Shown here piece after piece: positions 39,437-48,912 of a stretch of DNA of 64,000 nucleotides (position 1 is the first letter of the stretch; each line of letters starts with the position of its first letter). This DNA comes from a bacterium. Lineage in GTDB: Bacteria; Vulcanimicrobiota; JABDET01. The stretch covers positions 680-64,679 of the forward strand of contig JAJYZB010000003.1 in the NCBI GenBank assembly GCA_021800275.1. Direction: 5' to 3'. Under the pieces are notes generated by a model. That model was given only the letters and a program-made list of their open reading frames with translations, was not told the origin of the DNA and made no database searches. A program made the position numbers and the translations under genes.

Positions 39437-42070
39437 GTGCCCTTAACACCAGAAGAAAAACTCCCAAAAAGGAAAGAAAATTTAAGAACCACAACCCAGA
39501 ACCTTAAAGGGGAGAAATTTTTTATTGTTATCAATGAAGAAACAGAAGTTTTCTATCAATTAAGAGAAATCGAGTTTGAAATCTTCTCTAATCTAGACGG
39601 AGAAACCTCGCTCGAAAAAATTAAAGAAAAAATCGAAACCCTTCATCCTAACCTTGAACTTCCACTAGAGTACTTAACTGCCTTTATTCAAGATTTGCAA
39701 AAAAAAGGGCTTTTGGAAGGGGAACAATGGGTTTCTAGAAAGCAGAACAAAATAAACAGAGGGAGCCTGTTTTATCTCAGGTTTCCTCTGTTAAATCCCG
39801 AAAAAATGTTGAAAAAAACGCTCCCGATTGTGTCTCCACTTTTTGAGCCTATCTCTGTTTATACCGGCACTTTCTTAATTTTTTTCCTTTTTGTTTTTTT
39901 GTTTCTACAGCAGCATTCTCTTATATCAGAAATGAGTATTCTGCTCCACGGATGGGGTATTCTACTCTTTTATTTCTCTTTTTTAATCGTGGCTTTTGTG
40001 CATGAGATGGGCCATGCTTTAACCTGCTCATATTACAGCGGAAAAGTGAAAGAAATGGGGTTCATGCTGATTTACTTTGAACCCGCTTTTTACACCAATG
40101 TTTCAGACGCTTATCTTTTCCCCGACAAAAAGCACAGAATGTATGTTGGGCTTGCAGGACTATATTTCCAGTTTGTTTTCGCTTTTTTTGTCGCTCTCAT
40201 CTGGTATTTTTCAATTCCAGGGAGCTTTGTTTCTCTTTTCTGTGTTTCTATTTTAAGCATTTGCAGTTTTACAGCCCTCTGGAATTTAAACCCCTTAATT
40301 AAGCTGGATGGGTATTATGTTTTAAATGATTTTTTAGAAGTGGTCAATTTAAGATCTCGATCTTTCCAGCATTTTAACCTTTTAATTCAAGGAAAAATTC
40401 TAGGTCTGAAAGAATCGGCAGAAGAATTAAAAAAAATTCCTCGACGATTGGATAAAATCTACTTCTGGTACGGAGTTCTAGGAGTTGGATTCACGTCTTT
40501 AACTCTGTTATTTATTCTCGTTTTTCTGTTTCAATTTGCAGCCAGATCTCTGGCAGGACTTGGAGTTCTGCTCGTTCTTGGAGGCGCTGGATTCGGAATC
40601 TGGAAGTGGTATAAAAAGGCTTTATCAGGATGGACGCAAGTGGTTCAAAAGATCAAAGAAGATATGGATGTCAAGATGAAATTAAAGTCAAAAGCTCAAA
40701 AGCTTGGAACAGGGGTTCTTATTCTCTTCGTCTTAGGACTCATCCCAACAAGAGCTGAAGTGGCGGGACCCTGTACCGTTGAACCCTCTGTGAAAAGAGC
40801 TGTAACTCCACTTGAATCTGGAATCATCGTAAAAATATTTCAAAAAAACGGAGGACTCATCAAAAAGGGAGAGATTTTTGCAGAACTCGATGATTTTCCC
40901 CTAAAACAAAAGCTTGCCAGTTTAATCATTGAAAAAAGGATAGATAAAAATCGTCTCTCTTATTTAAAAGCAGTATATGGTTCTCATTTAACCGACGCAG
41001 ATGAAACCTTATATCAAGCTGAACTGGCATCAAAAGCTCATTCTCTTCTTTCAAAAGAAACGCTGCTTGAATCTAAACATTCTTTAGAAGAATCAAAAGA
41101 ACAGTATCTAAAATCGAAAACCATTTATGACCACTTAAAAAAAGATTGGGCAAAATATCAAAAAGGTACTCTGCCAAACTCAGCAGCTGAAATTGAACAG
41201 GAAATAAAATCGGCTCAAGCTCGACTAAAATTAGCGAGAAGCACTTGGGAAACATACTCCAGACTGGCAAAAACAAAACTGATCTCCTCTCGAAAATTAT
41301 TGAAAGAGGAAAGCCTCTTTCAGGAAGATAAAAACCGAGTCATAAGGCTTCAAAAGCAGTTTGACCTGGTTAAAAGAGACTTCGTTCAGAATTATCAGAT
41401 CGCTTACGAGCAAAAACAAGCCTCTTTAAAAGCCTATCAAGCTGAACTGGAATCATACCGAAAAACTCGAAAAAAAATCCTTGAAATTGAACCTGAACAG
41501 CTCCAAAAGAATCTGAAATTCATGCAAAAAAATTTTTATTACGCTAAAGGGGAATCCGCTGAAATTAAAGTGATCGAAAACAAACAATCCTATATTGAAG
41601 CCCAAATAAAAGAAATTTTAAAAAAAATAAAGAGAACCAAGGTCATCAGTCCTATCACAGGAGTTCTGATCACCCCACATCTTAAAGAATGGGAAGGTAA
41701 AATGGTGAGAAAGGGAGAGCCATTTGCCTGGGTTTACCAACCCGGAAAAAACGTCTTTGACATCCAAGTCAATCAAATGGACATTTTAGAAATCCCTAAA
41801 TGGAATCCAAGGGGGAATGATGTTTCTATCAGACTTCTAGCTCTTCCAGGGAAATTGTTTTCTGGAAAAGTCAGCAGGATTGTGCCTCAAAGTATAAAGA
41901 AGCATGAAAGGAATTACACAGTAGAGGTAAAGACAGAGGACCCTCACCATATCCTTCTTCCAGGAATGGTAGGGACAGCTAAAATTTATGGACGCTATCG
42001 TCCACTATTATGGCAGTGGATTCGAATCCCTGTAGAATATCTTTACTGGAAACTCTGGAGCCTTTTTTGA
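39437..42070 (+). CDS. tri-domain membrane protein: N-terminal PqqD-like RRE (RiPP recognition element), M50/site-2-protease-like polytopic metalloprotease (HExxH), C-terminal HlyD-type periplasmic adaptor
   Basis: RRE-like FFIVINEETEVFYQLREIEFEIFSNLDGETSLEKIKEKIETLHPN...LTAFIQDLQKKGLL; HExxH FVHEMGHAL within a multi-TM region; MFP lipoyl hairpin GPCTVEP...RAVTPLESGIIVKIFQKNGGLIKKGEIFAELDD, long coiled coil, beta-barrel VISPITGVLITP. The start is a GTG 33 nt after an AGGAGG, so it is uncertain. Confidence 0.6.
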   Translation: MPLTPEEKLPKRKENLRTTTQNLKGEKFFIVINEETEVFYQLREIEFEIFSNLDGETSLEKIKEKIETLHPNLELPLEYLTAFIQDLQKKGLLEGEQWVSRKQNKINRGSLFYLRFPLLNPEKMLKKTLPIVSPLFEPISVYTGTFLIFFLFVFLFLQQHSLISEMSILLHGWGILLFYFSFLIVAFVHEMGHALTCSYYSGKVKEMGFMLIYFEPAFYTNVSDAYLFPDKKHRMYVGLAGLYFQFVFAFFVALIWYFSIPGSFVSLFCVSILSICSFTALWNLNPLIKLDGYYVLNDFLEVVNLRSRSFQHFNLLIQGKILGLKESAEELKKIPRRLDKIYFWYGVLGVGFTSLTLLFILVFLFQFAARSLAGLGVLLVLGGAGFGIWKWYKKALSGWTQVVQKIKEDMDVKMKLKSKAQKLGTGVLILFVLGLIPTRAEVAGPCTVEPSVKRAVTPLESGIIVKIFQKNGGLIKKGEIFAELDDFPLKQKLASLIIEKRIDKNRLSYLKAVYGSHLTDADETLYQAELASKAHSLLSKETLLESKHSLEESKEQYLKSKTIYDHLKKDWAKYQKGTLPNSAAEIEQEIKSAQARLKLARSTWETYSRLAKTKLISSRKLLKEESLFQEDKNRVIRLQKQFDLVKRDFVQNYQIAYEQKQASLKAYQAELESYRKTRKKILEIEPEQLQKNLKFMQKNFYYAKGESAEIKVIENKQSYIEAQIKEILKKIKRTKVISPITGVLITPHLKEWEGKMVRKGEPFAWVYQPGKNVFDIQVNQMDILEIPKWNPRGNDVSIRLLALPGKLFSGKVSRIVPQSIKKHERNYTVEVKTEDPHHILLPGMVGTAKIYGRYRPLLWQWIRIPVEYLYWKLWSLF

Positions 42071-42111
42071 TAAAATAAATAAAATGATAGGCAGAGGAGG
42101 CAGCAGCAGAA

Positions 42112-42564
42112 ATGCTTTTTAAGGCAGTGACAGTAGAAACAGACGACAAAAATCTGCTGAACCAAGTTTTTAAACTTCGACACACCGTATTTGTGAATGA
42201 ACAAGGGGTTCCACCAGAACTGGAGAGGGATGAATTTGACAAATCCGCCTATCATGCCGCTGTGATTCAGAATGGAGAAGTCATCGCAGCAGGAAGATTG
42301 GTAATTAAAGGGGTTTCAGGAAAGATCGGGAGAATGGCTGTCAAAAAAGAATGGAGAGGAAAAGGGATTGGCTCTCTAATCTTGCAGAAACTTCTGCAAA
42401 TCGGAAAAGAAAAAAAAATAACCTGCTTCTATCTCCATGCTCAGCTGCAAGCAGTCCCTTTTTACCGCAAACACGGCTTTGCTCCTGTTGGCGAAATTTT
42501 CGAAGAAGCAGGGATCCTTCACCAGGAAATGACGCTGGAACCCATGATACTTCGGCAGCATTAA
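42112..42564 (+). CDS. GNAT family N-acetyltransferase
   Basis: Acetyl-CoA binding motif A (MAVKKEWRGKGIGSLIL) and motif B (YLHAQLQAVPFYRKHGF); GAGGAGG RBS. Confidence 0.75.
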   Translation: MLFKAVTVETDDKNLLNQVFKLRHTVFVNEQGVPPELERDEFDKSAYHAAVIQNGEVIAAGRLVIKGVSGKIGRMAVKKEWRGKGIGSLILQKLLQIGKEKKITCFYLHAQLQAVPFYRKHGFAPVGEIFEEAGILHQEMTLEPMILRQH

Positions 42565-42816
42565 AACTGCCAGCAGTATTATTATGGAAGGATGCTGCAG
42601 AGAAACCTGCATCTCCTCCGATCCCGGATCTATCAAGTTCGCACAGTCAAGCCAATGCCCTAATTGACAGGTTGCAGCAACAGGAACTCACTAAAGCTCA
42701 ACGAATTATAAAACACAAAAATCAATGAGCGGCAAATAAAAAACTGACTTATACAAGAGCAGATTTTTTGAGTAAAATTCCACATTCAGCAGAAGAATAA
42801 ATCCACAGGAGGCTTA

Positions 42817-44781
42817 TTGATGGAGATTAAGCCAGGAGATATTATCCAGAGATCTTTTCGCATCGTTAATCTCCTGGATGACTATTTATTTTTCCAGACC
42901 TACCAGATTGCTGACGTCAGCAGAAATATAAAAGAGTCCAATACAGGTTTACTGATGTTAACCATTAAACCTGAATTAATGCTCCCTGCTTTTTGGAAAG
43001 AAACCAGTTGGTGGCTGTCTTCTTCTGATTACCCCTTTCCTTCTGTTTTAAAGCACTGGGAAGAAGAAGAAACTATTTTTATTGTTTTAAAACAATCCGT
43101 TCAGGCTTCTTTCTTGAACATCATCGAATCAGGGGACATTCCAAGGGGCTACATCCCGCGAATCATCCCTCAGCTCATTAAAATTTTTTCTTCCCTTTCT
43201 TCAGTTGGAGCAAGCCTTCCAGATTACTATTCACTTTCCAGAAGAATCACATATGCATCTCAAGGAGAGGTCCGTCTGCTGCCTGTTATCCTGTATCAAA
43301 CTTATTTTAAGCAGACAAATATTCCCGATCCAATTATTCCCAATGACAGTGCATTTCCTCCCCAATATTACATTCAAAAATTAGCGGCGTTTATTCATAT
43401 TCTTTTAACAAATAAGTTCCCCCATAATGATGCAGAACTGCTGTCAGGCGATTTATTATTGGAACCCCCTATCGAAAAACTCCTGCAGCCTGCTCTTAAA
43501 GGAAAAATCGCAACATTTGAAGAGTTTGAAAAGCAAATCCCTTTGAGCTTGAAGGGGGAAGAAAAAATTTACCCTGTCTCTCTTCCTGATGCAGATACAC
43601 CGCCTGAAGCCGTGAAAAAACCTTCAAAACAATCCTGGACAGCGTTCCTAAAATCAGGGAAAACACAATTTAAAAAAATACACTCTCTCATCAAAGAAAA
43701 AATGAATGAATCATCTCGTGTTCAGCCTGCTAAAAAAATCAGAACTGATCAGCTTTTGGTTTTCACTCGACAGCTATTTTTTCTTTTAAAAAATGGCATT
43801 CCAATAAGGACCGGTCTGGACGCGATACAAAATACGCAAACTGATAAAAGAATTCGAAAAACCGTCATGGAAATAGAAAAAAAATTAGAAGAAGGCCTCC
43901 CCTTATCTGAGGCGATCATCAAATGCGGCACCACGTTCCCTCTTTCATACACAGCTTTAATTCAGACAGGAGAAGCAGGAGGATTTCTGCCCGAAGTTTT
44001 AGAGAGAATTTCGATCTTTCTCGAAAAAGAATTGCGAGTGAAGCGTGAGCTAAAATCTGTTATGATTTACCCTGCAGTCATGCTTGTTACTTCTTGTCTA
44101 ATCACCTTAGCCATCGTTTTATGGGTTTTCCCTGAGATCTTTTCGATGTTCAATGGGTTCAAAATGAAACTTCCCATTGAAACGAAAATAATGATAGCCT
44201 TTGTGGCAGTTATTACCAGCCCGTACTCATGGATAGCAATTTTCCTGCTGATCACCATTTTTATCATTACTTTCCCCATGTACAGCAAGAATGAGGAATT
44301 CCAGTCCCATCTTGACCAAATTAAGCTGCACCTTCCAACGATTGGAAAATTTTATGTGAAATTAGTGGTCACCGATTTCTGCAAAAATTTTGCAACCCTT
44401 TATTCCAGCGGAATTCCCACGCTGTCATGTTTAAAAATTTTAGCGGCTACCGCTGAAAATAAAATGGTGTCTAAAGAAATTTACGATATCATCGCTTCCC
44501 TTGTCTCAGGAGAGTCTCTTGCCGGGGCATTTAAGGAAACTAAAATTTTCCCCCGTCTGCTTGGAGACATGGTGGCAGTTGGGGAGGAAAGCGGGGAATT
44601 GGCAAAAACCTTAAATAAACTGGCGGATTATTTTGATGCGATGCTTGAAGATGGCTTCGAAAAAATTGGAACTTTTTTTGAAATATTCTCCATTCTATTT
44701 TTAGGAGGACTTGTCGGAGTTTTTGCTGTTTCCATCTTTATTCCCCTTTACCAGATGATCGGAAACCTCGGAAAAAAATGA
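42817..44781 (+). CDS. GspF/PilC-family platform protein (two T2SSF repeats) with an about 300-aa N-terminal cytoplasmic domain of unknown family
   Basis: C-terminal about 350 aa contain two T2SSF units (LVFTRQLFFLLKNGIPIRTGLDAI...; FCKNFATLYSSGIPTLSCLKILAATAENK...VAVGEESGELAKTLNKLADYF) with 3 TM segments; residues 1-300 have no recognisable motif; AGGAGG RBS. Confidence 0.65.
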   Translation: MMEIKPGDIIQRSFRIVNLLDDYLFFQTYQIADVSRNIKESNTGLLMLTIKPELMLPAFWKETSWWLSSSDYPFPSVLKHWEEEETIFIVLKQSVQASFLNIIESGDIPRGYIPRIIPQLIKIFSSLSSVGASLPDYYSLSRRITYASQGEVRLLPVILYQTYFKQTNIPDPIIPNDSAFPPQYYIQKLAAFIHILLTNKFPHNDAELLSGDLLLEPPIEKLLQPALKGKIATFEEFEKQIPLSLKGEEKIYPVSLPDADTPPEAVKKPSKQSWTAFLKSGKTQFKKIHSLIKEKMNESSRVQPAKKIRTDQLLVFTRQLFFLLKNGIPIRTGLDAIQNTQTDKRIRKTVMEIEKKLEEGLPLSEAIIKCGTTFPLSYTALIQTGEAGGFLPEVLERISIFLEKELRVKRELKSVMIYPAVMLVTSCLITLAIVLWVFPEIFSMFNGFKMKLPIETKIMIAFVAVITSPYSWIAIFLLITIFIITFPMYSKNEEFQSHLDQIKLHLPTIGKFYVKLVVTDFCKNFATLYSSGIPTLSCLKILAATAENKMVSKEIYDIIASLVSGESLAGAFKETKIFPRLLGDMVAVGEESGELAKTLNKLADYFDAMLEDGFEKIGTFFEIFSILFLGGLVGVFAVSIFIPLYQMIGNLGKK

Positions 44782-44833
44782 AGTGGAACTTTAAAATCTT
44801 ATCCGCTCTCTCCTTAACTCTGTTCAGTTTATC

Positions 44834-47209
44834 TTACTCCCGAATCTTGGCGGCAAAGTGAATCTTTAACTTCTCTCTAATCTGTTCATGAACCCGATTG
44901 ACCTCTTCATCAGTCAGCGTTCTTTCCGCAGAACGATAAATAATGGAAAAAGCGATTGATTTCTTTCCATGAGGAACCTGAGAACCCTGATAAAGATCGA
45001 AAATTTTTGCGTCTTCTATCAGCCCTTCGCCATTTTCTTTGATGAGCTTCAAAATTTCTCCTGATAGGACTTTTTCATCCAGAATCATGGAAATGTCTCT
45101 TCTGGATTCCGGATATAAAGGAAGGGGCTTAAAAACAGGAGGATCTTGTTCCAATTTCTGAAGTTTATCCAGGGATAGTTCCAGAATAAAAATGAGCTGT
45201 GAAATGTCCAGAGAATCCAAGATCTGTGGATGGAGTTCTCCAATAAAACCCACTTGCTTTTGGTGGATCAAAATTTCTGCGGACCGATAAGGATGAAAAA
45301 TTTTTTCTTCAAGATTCTTTAACTCAAACGTTTCTGGGATATGAAGCCAATTCCAGAGCTGCTCCAGCATTCCTTTCAATAAGAGAAAAGAAGAGGGCTT
45401 TCCCCATGAAACATCTCCAGTCAGAGCTAAACACAAATGGCGATACTCCTGAATTGATGCATTTTTTTGGAAAACTTTCCCGAGTTCAAAAAAAGAGAGA
45501 TTTTTATTTTTCATATTTAAATTTTTTCGAATGGCAAGGATCACTCCTGGATATAAATAAGGACGTAGGGCTTTTCTATCTTCTGTTAAAGGATTTTGGA
45601 TTAAAATGAGATTTTTCTCCATAAATTTTTTATAGTATTCCGGATCTCCGAGGGAATAACCCAGAGATTCCATCAATCCAAGACGGGTTAAAAAGTCTCG
45701 AAGCTTGTCCTCAAAAAATTCATCGAAATCCATGACGCCGGGCGTAGTTTTTCCTTCGGGAAGGGAAGATGGAATTTGATCATATCCATAATGTCGAGCA
45801 ATCTCTTCAGCCACATCAATTTCTTCATGGATATCTAACCTTAAAGGAGGAGTCTGAATAAAAAGAGGCTCTTTCTTCAGAACTTGAAATCCCAACCCCG
45901 ACAAAATTCTTATGGCATGACTTCTTTCCAGATGGTCAATTCCAAGCGTCTTTCGTACTCGACTGAAACGGATCGCTATTTCTCTGGGTTTAGGGAAAAC
46001 TTTATAAGTATCTTCTCCCCCCTCATAAACCTGGAATCCGTATTTCTGGAAAAGCCAGCATGCCCTCCGGCTCCCCCAATCTGCTGCCGCTGGATCAAGC
46101 CCTTTTTCAAATCTCCGCGAACTGTCTGTTCGAATTCCCAGTCTCACAGAAGTTCTTCTAATAGTTCCTGAATCAAAGTGCGCGGATTCTAATAGAATTT
46201 CTTTAGTGCTGTCTTGAACTTCGCTCTCTTTGCCCCCAATAATTCCAGCCAGTGCGATGGATTTGCCAGAATCTGAAATCACTAGATCCGACTCCTGCAA
46301 AACATATTCTTTTTCATCAATTCCTTTAAAAATCTCCCCTTTAGACGCTTTTTTAACCTCTATTTTCTTTCCCTGAATGAAAGAATAGTCAAACGCATGG
46401 AGAGGCTGTCCTAATTCTAAAAGAACATAATTTGTGATATCCACAATCAAGTTGATAGGTCTGATTCCTGCTGAAAACAAACGAACAGCCATCGAAATAG
46501 GGGAAGGATGAATTTTAATCCCTGAAATAAATCGCGCGGTATATCGGGAACAAGCTTGATAATCCTGAACAGAAATTGAAATTTTATTGTCTAAACTTTT
46601 TTGTTTTTCAGAAAACAATTCTGGAATTTTCATAGAGATTCCATAAAGGGTTGCAATTTCGCGCGCAATTCCAAAGATGCTTAAATAATCAGGGCGGTTG
46701 GCAAAAGGTTCTAAAACGAGTACAGCTTGATTGAGGCCGAGTGGCTCAGAGAGATCCATTCCAGGGATGAAATCCGAATCTAAAATCATAACTCCTGACT
46801 GCTGTTCAGGAGGAAGAAACTCCTTAATTCCTAATGCCAGTTCATCAGCAGAACACATCATCCCATAAGAAGGCAGCCCTCTCAGTTTGGCCTCCTGGAT
46901 TCTTTTTCCGCCTGCCAGAACAGCCCCGATTTTAGCGACTGGAATGGTATCGCCTTTTTTCACATTAGGAGCCCCAGTAATGATCTGGACTTTCTCTTTC
47001 CCCAAATCCACCTGAGCAATTCGTAGTTTATCCGCATTGGGATGCTGCTCCATCTCAAGAATTTTCCCCGCAAAAACATTTTTTATTCCCGGACCTGAAT
47101 ATTCGATTTTTTCCACAGGAACACCGATTTTCTGCAGTTTTTCAGCAAGAGCCTGCGGGGCTTCAGGGATATCCACAAAATCTTTCAACCAGGAAATAGG
47201 GGCGCGCAT
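44834..47209 (-). CDS. pheT: phenylalanine--tRNA ligase beta subunit
   Basis: 791 aa; N-terminal tRNA-binding domain MRAPISWLKDFVDI..., B3/4 and B5 regions, C-terminal FDVAV-like anticodon-binding domain; immediately downstream of pheS. Confidence 0.85.
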   Translation of the reverse strand: MRAPISWLKDFVDIPEAPQALAEKLQKIGVPVEKIEYSGPGIKNVFAGKILEMEQHPNADKLRIAQVDLGKEKVQIITGAPNVKKGDTIPVAKIGAVLAGGKRIQEAKLRGLPSYGMMCSADELALGIKEFLPPEQQSGVMILDSDFIPGMDLSEPLGLNQAVLVLEPFANRPDYLSIFGIAREIATLYGISMKIPELFSEKQKSLDNKISISVQDYQACSRYTARFISGIKIHPSPISMAVRLFSAGIRPINLIVDITNYVLLELGQPLHAFDYSFIQGKKIEVKKASKGEIFKGIDEKEYVLQESDLVISDSGKSIALAGIIGGKESEVQDSTKEILLESAHFDSGTIRRTSVRLGIRTDSSRRFEKGLDPAAADWGSRRACWLFQKYGFQVYEGGEDTYKVFPKPREIAIRFSRVRKTLGIDHLERSHAIRILSGLGFQVLKKEPLFIQTPPLRLDIHEEIDVAEEIARHYGYDQIPSSLPEGKTTPGVMDFDEFFEDKLRDFLTRLGLMESLGYSLGDPEYYKKFMEKNLILIQNPLTEDRKALRPYLYPGVILAIRKNLNMKNKNLSFFELGKVFQKNASIQEYRHLCLALTGDVSWGKPSSFLLLKGMLEQLWNWLHIPETFELKNLEEKIFHPYRSAEILIHQKQVGFIGELHPQILDSLDISQLIFILELSLDKLQKLEQDPPVFKPLPLYPESRRDISMILDEKVLSGEILKLIKENGEGLIEDAKIFDLYQGSQVPHGKKSIAFSIIYRSAERTLTDEEVNRVHEQIREKLKIHFAAKIRE

Positions 47210-47229
47210 ATCATTCCTCAGAAACCAAA

Positions 47230-48327
47230 TTAAAACTGCTCCAAAAATTTTTGATCGCTCTCATAAAAAAGACGAATATCATCAATCCTAAACTTCAGCA
47301 TGGCAATCCTCTCAATCCCTAATCCAAAAGCAAACCCGGTGTATTCAGAAGGGATATTCACCACCCTTAAAACAAAAGGATGGATCATTCCCGCCCCTAA
47401 AATTTCGAGCCATTTTGTCCCTCCGCAGATTCGACACGACTCAGAAAGAACAAGCCCACTTTCTACAGAGGAAGAATTTGGGGAAGAGGGCTGCTGATCC
47501 TCTGATGAGTTTTTCCCGCAGTTGAAACAGTCAATGTAAACCTCCACACTGGGTTCTGTGAATGGAAAATAACTGGGAACTAATTTCACTTTCCGTTCAG
47601 GTCCAAAAATCGCTTTTGCAAAAGCGGATAAGGTCCCCTTCAGATGAGCCATTGAAACCCCTTGATCCACCATAAAACCTTCTACCTGATGAAATTGAAA
47701 ACAGTGGGTTGAATCAACTGCATCCCGACGAAAACACTTCCCTCCTGAAATGACTCTTAAAGGAGGTTTTCTTTTTTCCATGACCCGAATCTGAACAGGA
47801 GATGTGTGGGTTCTTAAAAGGGTTTTTTCCCCCAGATACAAAGAATCCCACATATCTCTTGCCGGGTGATCTGGCGGAATATTTAAAGCCTCAAAATTAT
47901 AGTAATCACTCTCCACTTCAGGTCCTTGAACAAATTCGAATCCTAAACCCGAAAAAATAGACTTGACCTCTCTTAGAACTCTTGTTAATGGGTGAAGTCT
48001 GCCTGTTGGAACAGGTTCTCCAGGAAGAGTTAAATCCAGCCATTCTTTCTCTAATCTTTCTGAGAGTGCAGATTGTTTTAAAGATAAAAGCCGTTCATCC
48101 AAGAGCTTCTGGACTGCGGCTTTAATTTCATTGGCTTTTTTCCCGACATGCGGCCTTTCTTCTTCTGATAATTCTGATAAACCTCGAAGAACCTGGGTCA
48201 ATTTACCTTTTTTCCCAAGAATTTCATGCTGCAAATCTTCCAAAGACTTTATATCTGCAGTTTGAGAAATTTTTGAGGATGCCTCTTCCAGCAGGGAATC
48301 CAGTTTATCCACCACAGCATTAACCAT
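47230..48327 (-). CDS. pheS: phenylalanine--tRNA ligase alpha subunit
   Basis: Class II aaRS motifs (HPARDMWDS, FRRDAVDSTH, GFAFGLGIERIAMLKF); zinc-ribbon insertion (CFNCGK...CRICGG) split by an S/P-rich stretch; start moved to the ATG at 48327, which has GAGGAA at proper spacing. Confidence 0.85.
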   Translation of the reverse strand: MVNAVVDKLDSLLEEASSKISQTADIKSLEDLQHEILGKKGKLTQVLRGLSELSEEERPHVGKKANEIKAAVQKLLDERLLSLKQSALSERLEKEWLDLTLPGEPVPTGRLHPLTRVLREVKSIFSGLGFEFVQGPEVESDYYNFEALNIPPDHPARDMWDSLYLGEKTLLRTHTSPVQIRVMEKRKPPLRVISGGKCFRRDAVDSTHCFQFHQVEGFMVDQGVSMAHLKGTLSAFAKAIFGPERKVKLVPSYFPFTEPSVEVYIDCFNCGKNSSEDQQPSSPNSSSVESGLVLSESCRICGGTKWLEILGAGMIHPFVLRVVNIPSEYTGFAFGLGIERIAMLKFRIDDIRLFYESDQKFLEQF

Positions 48328-48343
48328 GGTTTCAACCATTCCT

Positions 48344-48375
48344 CAAAAAAAAGAAAAAACCCTGCCAAAGCAGGG
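48344..48375 (-). promoter_or_regulatory. terminator-like hairpin (GCCCUGC-UUUG-GCAGGG... on minus strand) followed by a UUUUUUCUUUUUUUU tract, immediately upstream of the pheS RBS: candidate leader attenuator
   Basis: 6-bp GC stem (48360-48375) plus 15-nt U-rich run (48344-48359) read on the minus strand; the U-tract ends at the GAGGAA RBS of pheS. Confidence 0.4.
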
Positions 48376-48454
48376 CATTCAAATATTACAGATCAAGACA
48401 TAACAGGTAAAAGCCAAGCAGACTAGAATCATAGATTTAGATAGAAATCAAATA

Positions 48455-48685
48455 ATGGAACAGGTTATTACACTCCATATTGAAAAATTGCCTGAAGGGG
48501 TTTATCTGGCTACTTCCGATGAACTTCAAGGCCTTGTAGCTCAAGGACGTACTATTTGGGAAACATTGGAAATTGCTAGAGATGTTGCTCGTAAACTGAT
48601 GGAAGAGCAGAATAGCCAAAAGATACACCCCACCTTAAAAATAGTTGAAAATCGCTTTGATTATCCTCTAGTACTCGAAACTTAA
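48455..48685 (+). CDS. hicB: HicB family antitoxin
   Basis: TLHIEKLPEGVYLATSDELQGLVAQGRTIWETLEIARDVARKLME matches the HicB/UPF0150 RNase-H-like fold signature; 2-nt gap to hicA. Confidence 0.65.
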   Translation: MEQVITLHIEKLPEGVYLATSDELQGLVAQGRTIWETLEIARDVARKLMEEQNSQKIHPTLKIVENRFDYPLVLET

Positions 48686-48687
48686 AG

Positions 48688-48912
48688 GTGGGAAGACTAT
48701 CAGGATTTCATTACAGCGATATTATTAAACGCCTGCGAAAGTTAGGGTTTTCTTTCAGAAGACAGGCGGCTGGAAGTCATGAGATTTGGCACAGCATATC
48801 AAGTGGGCGCTATACCACTATTCCACACCATCCTGGAGAAATGCCAGAAGGGACACTGCGAGCCATTTTAAAACAAGCTGGCATTGACGCAGAAAAATTT
48901 TTAAAAGCTTGA
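48688..48912 (+). CDS. hicA: HicA family mRNA interferase toxin
   Basis: IIKRLRKLGFSFRRQAAGSHEIWHSISSGRYTTIPHHPGEMPEGTLRAILKQAGI matches the HicA/YcfA pattern (GSH...H....V.H.....GTL..ILKQAG). Confidence 0.7.
   Translation: MGRLSGFHYSDIIKRLRKLGFSFRRQAAGSHEIWHSISSGRYTTIPHHPGEMPEGTLRAILKQAGIDAEKFLKA

Noticed and set aside
42351-42728. 125-aa ORF overlapping the 3' half of the GNAT gene and the following intergenic region
   Set aside because: Alternative frame of a motif-supported GNAT gene, Arg/Ser-rich low-complexity translation, no RBS.
48328-48454. T-box riboswitch upstream of pheS
   Set aside because: The leader is at most about 115 nt before the divergent hicB gene and lacks the AATTAGGGTGGNACCGCG T-box sequence; only a simple terminator-like hairpin is present.
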